Shown: one piece after another, positions 1 through 11,891 of the stretch
How the letters are laid out: each line of letters begins with the position of its first letter
Numbering within the stretch: position 1 is the first letter of the stretch
Assembly: GCA_031835245.2 (NCBI GenBank)
Contig: JAVKOQ020000020.1
Location: 310,001 to 352,796, forward strand
Source: Balamuthia mandrillaris
Lineage: Eukaryota
DNA: 42,796 nucleotides
Direction: 5' to 3'
Position numbers and translations under genes: made by a program
Notes under the pieces: model-generated
The model's database searches: none
The model's input: the letters and a program-made list of their open reading frames with translations, nothing else
Told to the model about the DNA's origin: nothing

Positions 1-150
1 AGGAAGATTTCTCGCTGGGATCCACAAAAATCGGAGGCACGTTGTCGGCCAGTCGCAAGAGCTCGGCCACGATGGCATTGCCTCGGCTTACCAAGCGAAG
101 CAAGTTTGGCCGGCGGCACTGGCCGGCGAAAGAAAGTCATCGGAAGCCAT
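1..150 (-). CDS. WASHC5: Strumpellin / WASH complex subunit 5, 5' end (runs off the window); apparent 1-nt frameshift near 101-107
   Basis: ATG at 150 reads MASDDFLSPASAAGQ, then after a frame change LLRLVSRGNAIVAELLRLADNVPPIF. This matches the strumpellin N-terminus (DFL...GQ.ILR.VS.GNAIIAELLRL). Confidence 0.85.
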
Positions 151-369
151 GGGTCCCTCTCTCTCTCTCTTTCTTTTCCTTCTTCTTCTGCTACTCTTTT
201 CCGCTACGTTTTCTTTTTTTCTGCTTTTTTAGGTCAAACTCGTAGCTTGGTTTTTCCCCGATCTAATAGTTTCATTTCGTGTCGACGGAGGCAAGTTCGG
301 TAATCATGTCGTCATGTAGTAGACCGTAAAGCAAGACCTATGTGTATTTTGTTCAACTCCAAGAGAGGA

Positions 370-620
370 TTACGCTTGACGGGGGAACCAAGGGAAGAAC
401 ATGCTGGTTTGTTGCTGGTAACGCGCGTACTCTGCGCCTCGATGGGCGAGGGAGCCTTGCTCCGTCAACGGCACGCCGGTGAAGTGAACCAGGAAGTAGG
501 CCAGCAAGGGAATGCCGCAAAGAATGCTCTTGTCCGTTGTGGTGCGGGCAGAGGGCCAAGCAAAGATGGCGTAGGCCACCCATATCATGAACTCAAAGAA
601 GTAATTGGGATGTCTTTTAA

Positions 621-657
<37 letters not shown>

Positions 658-1673
658 GGGAGAAAAAGAAGTGAAGATTTGGTTAGTAAGAAGCCTGCAA
701 TTTTGTCCCTTTCACTCAGCTCTCTTTCTTTTTGCTCTCCTCACTCCTCTGCTGCTCATCCACACCTCTCTTGCTGTTCAGCGATTCTTACCTGGAATAC
801 TTCCACAACCCTACGTTGCAAACACGGCCCTTGTTAGGGTTCCTGCTTGCCTTCCATTTGGCCAGCTGCACATCTGCCACGTTCTCCATGTAAAAGCTAA
901 ATGCCCACAATGCCGCTCCCAACACCTCCATCCAATGCAACCGTCCTCCGAACAGACCACCACTTCCTCTGCTGCTGTCCCCAGTGGAGCCGTTATCATT
1001 GTTGCAAGCCAAATAGCTGGGCAACAGCATCATCAAAAGGTTGGACAAGCTTTGAGCCTGATAGAAGAAGAAAAAGTTGAGGGCATGGCTGCGCAGGCCC
1101 AACCAACCCTCCCCTCGGCTCCATCGTTGCCGCCACAGGTCCCAACGCTTGTCCTCCCCATGGTGCCTGGTCCGCAGGATCCAGCCGTAGTTGAAGCGAA
1201 GACCGCAGAGGAGGTACATGGCGGTGATTAGGGCGCGGCGCAGCGGAGGAGCCGTCCCTGTGAGACCGTTAGTAAGGGCGATGGCGGAGAAGCCGGAAGG
1301 CCAGGCCCAATCCACCAACCCTCCGTTTTGCAGAGGCTTTTTCAAAAAGAATTTTAAAAAAACAATGAAGACGAAGCTGAAAGTCAGGTGCAATGTTGAA
1401 ACAGGAAAAAACTGAAAAAAATGTAACAGCTGAAAGAAGAAAAAAAAAAAGATGATGACTATCAAAAGCCATGGAGATGGGTATCAGCCCTAGATGTGTG
1501 TATTGTACCTTGATGAGCAACCATGCCGCTACGAAATAGGCGGAGTGGAAGGCCGCAATGGTAGGGAACAAAGGGGGGCGAACCACTGAGCCCGTCTTCA
1601 CGCCCACCTGATGAATGCCGTCACGCAAACTGACCATGCTCCTCCCATATTCTCTGTTTCTTCTTTGGAACAT
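370..1673 (-). CDS. DUF1295 / steroid 5-alpha-reductase-like membrane protein (3 exons)
   Basis: Spliced motifs VDWAW, GEDKRW, ADVQLAKWK, GLWKYSR|HPNYFFE, TGVPLTE, YARYQQQTSMFFPW. Start is ATG 1673 or 1637. Confidence 0.9.
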
Positions 1674-1902
1674 GACCAGCACTGAATACCCTATTCTTTG
1701 TGACGAAAAAGAACTCGAAATGTCCAAAATTTTCAGCATTTTTTCAAAAAAATCGAACGAATTCACTCAATTTTGTCGTAAAAACAGAAACAATTCTTCA
1801 ATATTGAGCTTTAATTCGATATATTAAGAAACATCACCGATAATTGAACGTAATACAAAAGACAGAAAAACAGAGAAGACCGTTCGTGTTGCTGTAACAG
1901 GA

Positions 1903-2688
1903 ATGGACCGCGTTCAAAAGATGGTGGCCAGACAGAGGAGAGGGAGGAGGCCATGCGCAAGAAAGAGGAGGAGCGCCTCAGGCAGGAGGAGGAAAAGAAG
2001 AACCAACCCCTTAGGCCCTCCCAAATGATCAACGACCAAGCCACTGGCGCCCGCGCCGAGCAGGAGAGCGCCTAACAAAGGGAGCTAGAGCAGAAGCGGC
2101 TGGCCGCGGAGGAGAGAAGGAAGAGAGAGGAGGAGTGAGATCCACAGAGGAGGGCGGAGGAGCGCAAGGCCAAGCTCCTGGCGGGAGAGGAGAGCCCGGA
2201 GGACGACTGGAAGACCAAAGTGGACCGGGAGAGGAGGCAGAAGGAGCAGGAGAACGACAAGAAGTGGATAGATCCATCGCCAAGGCCAACCAGAACATGA
2301 AATGCGGCGGCGGCCAATGCGGAGAAGAAAGCGGCCGAACGAGGGGGGAGCGCCGGAGGTGCTGCCGCGGTGGACATACCTCCTGAGTTCAAGAACATGC
2401 CCGAGATCCCTTGCATTTGTATGTACATACAAGAACGAGAGAGAGAGAGAGAGCAAGCGACGAGAGAAGCCAAAAGTGAAAGAGAGACGAAGAGATAAAG
2501 ACAGAGAGAAGAGCCAAATGCAGAGAGCATAGAGGTGCTACTCAACAAGACTAACACCCAAAAAAAAAATACAAGGGGGATGCAAATGCACAGGCTTTCA
2601 ACCAGCTGCGGCAGAGGTACGAGGCAACGTCCCCACCTGCAAGATCTGCAACCATGCCAAGTCCATGCACCACATCTCTTCCAAATAA
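1903..2688 (+). pseudogene. Charged coiled-coil protein with C-terminal Cys/His zinc-finger-like motif; exon 1 disrupted by indels/stops (pseudogene or sequencing errors)
   Basis: E/K/R-rich coding-like sequence with a frameshift near 1935-1945 and three stops. An intron (about 2419-2575) joins cleanly to ...PCIWGCKCTGFQPAAAEVRGNVPTCKICNHAKSMHHISSK*. Confidence 0.65.
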
Positions 2689-2743
2689 CTGTTTCCGTTC
2701 TTTTGTAATCTTTTTTTTTGAGTTTATTTCTTTTGCTTTCCGT

Positions 2744-3345
2744 TTAGAATGAGTTGATGGCTTGTGTCAACCTAGGAATGGTCTTGGAGGCCACCACAGC
2801 AGAGGGGTCCAGAGCAAGGGCCTGCCTCATGTCCTCCAACGCGTTCTTGTACTTTTCGAGGAACTCGTAGGCCAGGCCGCGGCGGATCAGCGCCTTGGCC
2901 GAGGGTTTGATCTTGATGGCCTCAGAGCAGTCAGCCACCACCTGGGCGTGGTCCTGCAGCTGGGCGTGGCATGTCGCACGGTTGGTGTAAAAAACGGCCT
3001 TCTCCTCGTCGTTTGTCGACAATTCAATGGCCCTGATGACAAGGAGAAGAAGCAGAGAAGCAGAGGAGAAAGAGAGATGTTAGCGAAAAAAAAAAACAGG
3101 AAGTCGACACAAAAGGCCTGTTGTGACAGAAATGAAAAGCAAGAGAAGCAAAAAGAAAAAGTGAAAGAGAAAGAGGGTGGAAGGAGGTACTTTGTGTATT
3201 TGGCGATGGCCCCCTCGTAGTTGGACTGTCGGAAGAACAAGTTGCCCTCCTCCTTGGCGATCATGGCTGGCGACAGTGGGCTCTGTGTGCAGAAGAACAA
3301 CCATAATGTAAACTGTGAGTAACAATAATAGAAATGGAAGCCAAA

Positions 3346-3388
<43 letters not shown>

Positions 3389-3965
3389 GATACATGAAGT
3401 AGACACAAACAGAGAGAGGGAGGAAATACATACGCCATCATCGTCAAACCTCTTAACTGTGTTTCTCAACTCTCTCTCTGCCTCCTCGATCTTCTTCTGC
3501 AAGTCTTGGTTATCGGGATCTACCTGGAGACCTTGTTTAAGCGCGTTCACAGCCTCCTGGTGGCGATCCAAAGCGGTCAGGGCAGCGCCTTTTCGGTAGT
3601 AACCCTGTATTTCAAAAGCACGAAAGTGAGTAGTTGCACAACAGCAAGCGTAGAGAAAACAGAAGAGAGAAGAACGAAAAAGAGAAAAAGAAGAGGAGAA
3701 GAGAGAAGCAGTGTTCAAAAGTTAAAGCGTTCTTTCAAACCTTGACCCAGTCCGGTTTGAGCTTAATGCACTCGTCGGCGTCTTTCAAGGCCTCTTCGAA
3801 CTTGTTGACGCCCATGTAGGCGGCGCTGCGGTTGGAGAAGAAGGTGGAGTCGGTGGCGTCGTACTTGATGGCTTTTGTGTACCACTCAATGGCCTCCTTG
3901 AACTGGTTGTTCATGAAGTACTTGTTGCCCTTGCTCTTGGCTTCTGCTGCTTTCTTCTTCGACAT
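2744..3965 (-). CDS. STI1/HOP-like TPR co-chaperone (two TPR clamp domains, 4 exons)
   Basis: KSKGNKYF...FFSNRSAAY...KPDWVK|GYYRKGAAL; second TPR unit KEEGNLFF...FYTNRATC...KALIRRGLAYE. Confidence 0.9.
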
Positions 3966-4607
3966 CTTGCTACGGATTTGAGAGAGAGAGAGAGAGAGAG
4001 AGAAGGGTTAAAAGCCGCAAGTTAATATTTTCTTTTTTCTCTCTGTCAACAAAAAGCAACCACACTACGAGCGAGTGAGAGAGAGAGAGAGAGAACAAAC
4101 TCTTTTGTTGTTTGAGAGAAGGAAGAACCAAAAAAAAACCGCTGGGGACGAAAGATTTGGAGATAGCCGGAGAGGAGGAGTTCTAGTGAGCACGCTGCTG
4201 TCAACGAAATGAACACACACAAGCGGGGAAAAACAGAACGTATTGGGATTTTTTTTCACGTCAACACGAAAAGGCCGTAAAAACAATGGGGTTGAGTGCG
4301 CCACTGTCAATTGTCTCGATGCAACACGGCGAATGGGAAGGGGTAACGCGAGACAAGTTTTCGGTCTGCCGGAATAGCCTCTTGCCCCTTCTCCACGGAG
4401 TTTTGAAGGTTGCCTTGAAATTATTGACAAGAACTGGGCCCATTCTTTTGTTTTTCGATATTTCCCGAACTGTTTATTCACGGGTTCGACACCAACCCTA
4501 TCACGTTTTTTTTTTTTTTTTTGTTTGTGTATTTTTTTTTTGTTTCTTTTCTACTTTGGTGGGCGTTTGTACAAGCGATAACTTTACTATACGACAGGCA
4601 AGAAAGG

Positions 4608-5982
4608 TCAGAAAATTTGAAGAGCGGCAGCGCCACCTCCAGCGTGAGGATACCGAGGAGGCGAGGCAACCACCACATTCCTTCTCATCGCTACTTTCAC
4701 AAACTCGTCTTCGTCTTCATCCTCTTCCTCGCTTGAACTGTCGCTCGCATAGCCTTTTCCGTAGTGCTCTTCGCTCCCTACCGGTTTATATCCGTCATCC
4801 TCCGCTTCGTCCTCATCACCTCTCTTGTACTCTTCTCCCTGGCGATACACCCGTTCGATCCGTGGAGTCAATGGGCTCGCACTCGAAGCGCCGTGCCATG
4901 TATTCTGCTTCTGCAAATTATATCTCGGCGACAACAACGCAACACCATTCGAAGACAATGAAGCGCCAGGAAAGCTCGAAGCGCCAGGAAAGCTCGAAGC
5001 GCCGGAACCCACTACTACAGCTCTTCCTCCGACTTCCCCGCCATTCAAAGAAGAAGGAACAGCGGCTGGGGTAGGAATGGAGCGTTGTTTGCGATGCATA
5101 GCTTGACGAATGTATTGTTCGAGGGTGGCCATCAGGTCCTGATAGAGTTCCGTCCGAAGAATGACGTCGTGCTCGGGGCCTCCTCTCACGGGTACGTAGA
5201 TGAGGAAGAAGTTTCGGCGGGCCTCGTTGATGGCATAGGACTTGATCTTAGAGAGAGGAAAGGTTCGTTGGTCGCAGTCGGCGGTGTTGTTGGTTGAGTT
5301 GTTGTCGTTTAACTTGGTTTTGGCAGCTTTTTCAGAAGGGTCGAACAGAGTTACTCCGGCCTCGCTAAACATAACATCTACGGGATGAGAGACTTTGTTT
5401 GCAAGATCAAGTTCCTGTTTTAACCAAAAGAGAAGGAGAAGAGAAACAAAATAGAAATGAGCCATGGGTACCACTCGAAAGGAGTTGAAAACGAAAAAAA
5501 AAAAAAGGATTTTCAACGTTACCCGAACGTTATAGAACCATGTTTGACCATCCTTTTTCTTCCTTTCGTGTTCGTAGAGACGTATCAATCTCGTGTGCTG
5601 GAGCATCTCCTCTATAAACTTTGTTGTTTTTGTTTGGGGTTAACTTTTGTTGTTTTTGATCGTTATATGAGTTTGGTAACGCATTGTAGTACTAACCTTC
5701 ATAAGACGAGGAATTCACGAAAAACTGGCCTAACTTTCCAAGCTTTTTCGTCTTGGAGCCTGCCGCTCTGGCGCTTCCTCCTTTTTCCTTCTTCTTGCCC
5801 GCTCCTCCATGGTGGGCCACCGCCAGCCCTTCCTCGTGGATGCGCTCCTCAGAGCCTCGTCTTACCAACGACCCGCCAGAACGTTTGCCCCACAAAACGG
5901 GTTCGCTGGTCTCCCCCACACCCTCTTGCCATGACTTTGACTTGGTGTGCTTACGTTCCGTTTTGTTTTTCTTGCGAAGCAT
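4608..5982 (-). CDS. Hypothetical protein with a possible PH/PTB-like domain and acidic low-complexity tail (3 exons)
   Basis: In-frame splicing of MLRKKNK...SSYE|EEMLQHTR...FYNVR|ELDLANK...; core VDVMFSEAGVTLFD...FPLSKIKSYAI...YQDLMATLEQYI resembles a PH-like (FERM-C/PTB) fold. Confidence 0.6.
4960..5007. repeat. 18-bp tandem repeat (GAAGCGCCAGGAAAGCTC, about 2.6 copies) inside a CDS, encoding ASSFPG units
   Basis: Read directly from the sequence. Confidence 0.85.
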
Positions 5983-6239
5983 TTTGTTTTTTTTTTCTTG
6001 CTTTGGGGGGGTATTCTGCAACGTGTGCGTTATAGTTGCTTGTAAACGTTTTTTTTGGTTTGGAATTAGTGGAAGTTCGTCCAGCCAGAAGGGAGGGAAA
6101 AGGGAAAGAAAAAAAAAAGGGCTTCTGGTAACAACGCGTTACTATGGGAATGGAGTGCCAATTCATTGCATTGTGTAAATTAATTAATCCCATAATCCGA
6201 ATTCCTTTTGGTGAAATTCTTTCCGGCAAATCTAGGACA

Positions 6240-6422
6240 GGAGAGAGGATAAGGGAGAGGAGAGGAGAGAAGAGGAGAGGAGAGGAGAGGAGAGGAGAGG
6301 AGAGGGAGAGGAGAGGAGAGAGGAGAGGAGAGGAGAGGAGAGGAGAGGAGAGGAGAGGAGAGGAGAGGAAGGAGGAGGGAGAGGAGAGGAGAGGAGAGGA
6401 GAGGAGAGGAGAGGAGAGGAGA
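6240..6422. repeat. (GAGAG)n pentanucleotide microsatellite, intergenic
   Basis: About 180 bp of near-perfect AGGAG units. Confidence 0.95.
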
Positions 6423-6864
6423 GCAGCTGCACTCACAACGGTAGTGTGTAACGTTACACACGGAGGAACGAAGGCGGGGGAGGGAAGAGGGCGTGGCTGA
6501 AGAGCATCCCAAGCCAACGTGTTGTTCTGCTGAAGAGAGAGACTGCGTTTGGAACACAAATGGCAAAAGCCCTCATGGTTTGTGACGGCTGCTTCAGGCC
6601 CCTCCCGCAGCCATCCACGTCTGTCAAGATTTGTGCTGCTTGTTTGATCGCCTGCATAATTATGCTTTTCCTTTTCTCTGGCTCCTGTACCCTGCACTTT
6701 GGTCTCTGGTTTAGTCTCTTCTCTCTTCTTTGTTCTTTCGATCTTCTTCTCTGTTCATAACACAGTCTCTCACATCTAAATGATTGCAAAGTGATCTGAT
6801 TAAGTGTTTTTTTTCTTTTTAACTTTTTTTACAAATTGAAAAATGATCTCTTCTCTTCTCTTCG

Positions 6865-6903
<39 letters not shown>

Positions 6904-6919
6904 GTTCTTTCGTGGTCGA

Positions 6920-8295
6920 TCAAAATAACGGGCTAAAGAGCTGCTTCCACAAGAGCGACTCGTGGGGAGTCACCTTACGAATGCCTCCTATGAAGCCTCT
7001 CGTTTGGCCGTTGGGTCGCTCGGTGCCGTCCCGCGCCACGGTGACCGTCCGCCAGACATTGCTCTCCGTGAATTGGGGAAAGTCGACGAGTATGCTCTCA
7101 CTGTCGATGCTCTTGACGAAGCCGCGCCACCAACCGAATGGGCTTATGGGTTTCATTCTCCATTGTATTTCCACCTATTATTTTTGAAGGAAAGAAGAAA
7201 GCGGTAAGAGAGGAAAGAAGAAGGAAGAGGTGGAATGAAGGAGAAAGCAGCGACAGGCAAGGAAAAATAATAACAACGAACCTCATCTCCAATCTGGAAG
7301 ACTACATTAGGGTCAGGCGATTTAATCTGAAACACATCATCGCCGTAAAGGTCATCCGGGATCCTCCGCATCCTTGACTCATAGTGCTGAAGGTACTCGG
7401 AGGAGTGAGTGCCCTTGGCCGAAATGTACTCCACATGAAAAGCTTTTTGGGCTGGATCCCATGTGGCCTTTCCGTTGTAAGCGGACATTTCGCGGCCGGA
7501 GAGGGAGTTGAGGACTTGCAACTCGTAGCCCCGTTTGCCGGTGAGCAGCTCTTGAAAGAGCGTTTTGAAGTTGTCTATGCTGCGAAGGTCGGGATGAAAA
7601 CCTTTCGTTTGTTGGATTGTTAAAATAGTGAGGGAAGAGACAACGCGAGAGAGAAGAAGAACAAGAAGAACAAGAAGAAGAATAAAAAATAAGAAACCTG
7701 GCAAAGTTACAAGAAAAAGAAGAAACACGAAAGACCAAACAAACAAAAACGTAGCACAAGAGTACAAAAAGAACAAGGAGATGACTCAAGTTTTAAGAGG
7801 CGTGAACATACCTTGAACTTCTTCATCGTAGATGATGCCAGAGGGCTTACCCTCCCAATGGAAGTACTTCCAATGGTGCTGACAGATAACCTTCCACATT
7901 GTGTTATCCTCCGCAATGGCGCGCCAACGCTTGCACACCAGGCCAACATCCCATATGACAGCTTTCGGTGGCAGATGGCAAAAGATGAGAAACAGAAGCT
8001 CATCCGAAAGTAGCTTCATGATGGGATGATCATCTGCTTCGCTCTGCTGATTTTAAACCCAGCCAACACAAGATTAGTTTTCGATGAAAAAGAGCAAGAG
8101 AAGAAGGAGAATACGTACCTCCAATGATTGGATTTTCTTTTTTCTTGGTTGTTGTTGTTCATCTGAAAGACAGCACCCTTCTTCTTCTTCCTCCTCCTCC
8201 TCCTCTTCTTCCTCGTCACCTCGTTGATGATGACCGTCAGCAGTGCGGTTGTTCATCTTGTTGGTTTGCTCAGGAGGTTCGTGCTTCCTTTTCAT
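6920..8295 (-). CDS. F-box protein with C-terminal Tudor/Agenet-like domain resembling the plant At2g32560-type family (4 exons)
   Basis: F-box LSDELLFLIFCHLP...VCKRWR...LW-like; C-terminal GDE|VEIQWRMKPISPFGWWRG...VDFPQF...WRT...GFIGGIRK...LLWK. Confidence 0.85.
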
Positions 8296-9315
8296 GTCCC
8301 ACCACGTTGGTTTGGACTGGCGGCAGAAAGATGAAGAAAGGTCTAAGCAGAAAAAAAAAATGTAAAAAAAGTGGAGTCAGATTTTTAGAGAAAGAAAGAA
8401 ATCCTTTCCTTCTTCTCTCCACAGATTCCTTTTCAACTTTCTTTTGGCAAAGCCAGTTCGTCCTCATCAAAGCTAAAACAAACTTGCAAGAGAGAGAGAG
8501 AGAGAGAGAGAGAGAACACAAAAAAAAAGTAGAGAAGAGTAGAGAGACTGGCAAGCCAGGCAAAAGGCGGCAGGGGGGCGAGAGCGAGCGCTTACCGTTA
8601 CTTTGTGGAACGACCAAACTAAGCGGTGAGTTGCTACCAAGTTTCAGCGCCCAACCAACCGATAGCAAAGCAAAACAGGTTGCCACTTTGTTTTTTCTAT
8701 TCCCACAACAAAAAGAGAAGAGGCGAAAAAAAAAAAAGGTTTTACAAAGTCTCTCCTTCCGCCTCTTGTTCCGTTTTCTGTAGATAGGACACTTTTTGCC
8801 CCACTCTGAAACGCGTGGGTGAGGCAGTGTCAGCCACAGATTGCGCGACAGATGGCGCCACAGGTTGCGGCGGGGGGGATGGCGATCATGGGGCAATCTG
8901 CCCTTGTAATTATCAACGAAAGGCAAAAAACGATCACACCTTTTGAGCCTGGAGGCGTAAAACCGAAAACCAAAAAGGACTCAAACGGAGGGGAAACTCA
9001 GGGAAACAGTTTTTTGAAACAACAAGAAAGGAGGAGCCATTGGCAGGCGAGCCCTTGATCTTGCGCGAAAATAGGACAAAGCTTACCGTGCTCTTGCGGA
9101 AAGAGAGCCGAAGCCGACCCTGCTTACTCTGCCGTTACGCCCCCGATTTTCACGGCGGAACTTTTTCTCCGGAGAGGGTACTCTATTTTCAGCAGAGTAA
9201 GTCCCTCTCATGAAGAAATAGCAGGGATGGTTTCTTGATCCATGTCGACGTGGTTCCGTTCCATTTTTTGCAGACAAGAAAGAACAGAAAAAAAGAAGAC
9301 AAGAGGAAAAAAAAA

Positions 9316-10253
9316 ATGAAACGGAAGATGAGGCAGACGCTGCGCGAGGCGGAAGGTTCCGCACTGAAAGCCTCCACTTTTTCTGCGAAGGGCAATGACA
9401 CCACCAAAGGAAGCGTGAGCAAGGAAGAGGCCTTTATAGCCCACCTGTCCAAACAGATTTGCGGGTCGCCCGCCGCGGCGGAGCTTCGCGGCTCCAAGGA
9501 GCGAGTGCAGACGCTGCTGTTGAAGACGTTCGCTGATCTTCCCACCAGCGCCCTCCGCACGCGTCTCATCCACAACGTGGACTCTCACGTCGAGACCGTC
9601 CTTCAACAGTTTCGTCTCTCTCTTCTCTCCTCCCTCTTTCTCTCTTCTCTTCGTCCTCCTCTCTCCTCTCTCTCTCTCTCTCTCTCATTTCTTTCTCACA
9701 AAAAAAAATGTGTATATAAAGTTTGATTACAGCGACAACAGCCACAGCCACAGGCAAAAAGAGAAGTGCTCCACAAGAAGAAGCGCAGTCGCAGCAACAA
9801 AAGGAAGACTCCACCAAAAAGCCGAGAGTGAGCCAGGCTACTGTTAGCAACGCCTCCTGCTGGACCAGCGACGGACTAAAGGCTTTGCTCTCTCGCTTGA
9901 GAACGGACCTGTCTTCACTGTCTACTGCCCGTCGAGTTAATACTTGTTCGTCCCTCTCTCTCTCTCTCTCGTCTTGTTCTTATTCTCTCTCCTTCCTCTT
10001 TTCCTTCTCCCTCCTCCTTTTCCTTCGCTTTATGCTTAACAAAAATAACAACAGATGAAGGGTTGCTATTGTGTTCCACGACATGGCCTTTCTCTCTGGA
10101 AAGCTACTTGCAAGAGTGGTTCCCTACTGCCTCTGCCACTTCCACTTCTTCTCCCGTTGAAGCGTTAGATCGCGCAAAGCAGTTTCAAACGATAAGCAAG
10201 ACGCTGGCTGGCATTACATTTGCTTCTGTTACTGAGACTGTATGTGCTCTCTC

Positions 10254-10284
<31 letters not shown>

Positions 10285-11748
10285 CTCTCTTTCTCTCTCT
10301 GTCGCTGACTGGTTACCATATGAATAGGAGATAGTGCCACAGTTGTTGGTTTATAGCCAACTCATTCTCAACTTCACAAAGGCATTGTCACTATTGCCGG
10401 ACAACGCGTAAGCTGCTCTTCTCACTCTTTCTGTTTCTCTCTCTTTTTTTTTTCCTCGGGTTCTATTTTCTCATGAAACAAATCAATCAGTCTTTTGGAG
10501 GTACTTCAAACTGTCACGTCCTTCCTCTCTCTGTGCACTCTTCGCCTCGACCTCTCTTCCTCCTCCCCGTCCTCTTTCTCCCTCAACCAAGCCATTCAAG
10601 AGCGATGGAATTCCTCTTCCTCCTCTTCTTCTATTCCCTGCGAGACACTTTTGGACCGACTGTTGGCTCAGTATGTGGAACTGTTTTCTCTGTTCGGCAC
10701 TGAATACTCCCTCAAGAAGTACTTTGGAGAGATGGGCTTACCCACCGTTCTGAATCTAACGGCCAATGCTGACCCTAAACGTATCTTTAACCTTGTTGCC
10801 ACGTGTTATACCTCAATTCTTCCTCGTGGAAATGCCAACAAACAAAAACAGAAAGAAGAACAGGAAGACGAGAGCAAGAAGAAGAAGAGGAAAGCACAAA
10901 ACTTGGAATGGGTTATTCATAAGCTGTTCCACTTTTTCTTCGTGGAGGAAGAGAAAGGCTTGCAACCACCCTTCAAAGCGATGCTCAGCAACACGACCAA
11001 CTATCTTTATTTTATCTACGCCCTCAAACGCTGCTCCAACTATTTCCAGACCAATATGAACGCTCTTATTGCCTCTGCTTCTTCTCTCCGTAGCTCTCAT
11101 CCTCGTTCCTCACGGCAACAAACAGAAAGACTGGAAGAGCTTGACACGATGTTACGTGGGTTAAGAAACGTTGGAAGCTCCGTTGCAGTACCTCCTCACT
11201 TTCAACGTTGGATCAACACTAAGCCTCTCTCTGCCTATTCTTCTGCTTCTTCTGTTGCTCATAAGAAGAACAAGAAGAGATCCAGTGAAGCCATTGTCAC
11301 ATGGTTGTTGTCGGATCAAGTCGAGGAAGAACAGGTGTTGGAGATGATGCGAGCTTATGCTCACGAACAAAAGATGGAATCCATTGCTTCTTCCTCATCA
11401 ACGCCAAAGACTAACAGGAACACCAACAATGAAGAAGCAGAAAAGGAGAGCGATAAACAACTCCGCAAAGATGAGCAGCAAGGCAACGAAATGGACGTAC
11501 CGTTGTTTGTAGTGGATACAAGAGGAAGTGATGTTGTTCGTAAGCGAGACCAGAAACAACGACGACAAGAAGCAACGGCCGAAGAAAACAGCGGAGTAAG
11601 CGAGTTGCAAAGCAAGCTCGGCGATCTCATCAAAGAGTTTGACGATGAGGAAGAACGATTTTACAGAAGGATGCAGCAACAACAAACCGGAAATGGCAGC
11701 AGCGAAGAAGAGGAAGAGGAAGAGGACGAAGATAGTGGTGATGAATAA
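9316..11748 (+). CDS. Hypothetical multi-exon protein, helical core with acidic tail and an LFVVDTRG motif
   Basis: Coding-like exons from 9316, about 9733, 10036, 10328 and the long 10491-11748 frame, separated by CT-rich introns. No family recognised. Confidence 0.7.
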
Positions 11749-11891
11749 GGTTCCCTCTCCGTACATCAAGAGAAGACCAAAGAACTAAAACAGTTTCACC
11801 ATCCTCTGCCGCCAATCCTTCCAAAGTTCTTTTCCTCAAACTGGTACTCAACAAAATAAACATAACAAAAAACACAATAGACCATGCTTCA

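Noticed and set aside
6454..6656. Short minus-strand ORF MQAIKQAAQILTDVDGCGRG...
   Set aside because: No recognisable motif or splice support; it may be a gene remnant but cannot be supported.
5951..6697. ORFs with LLSSP or RRGEE repeats
   Set aside because: They are translations of the (GAGAG)n microsatellite with no coding signature.
8124..9300. Several 80-220 aa ORFs in the divergent region between the F-box gene and the gene at 9316
   Set aside because: Low-complexity A/T and AG tracts with no domain signal; interpreted as promoter/UTR sequence.
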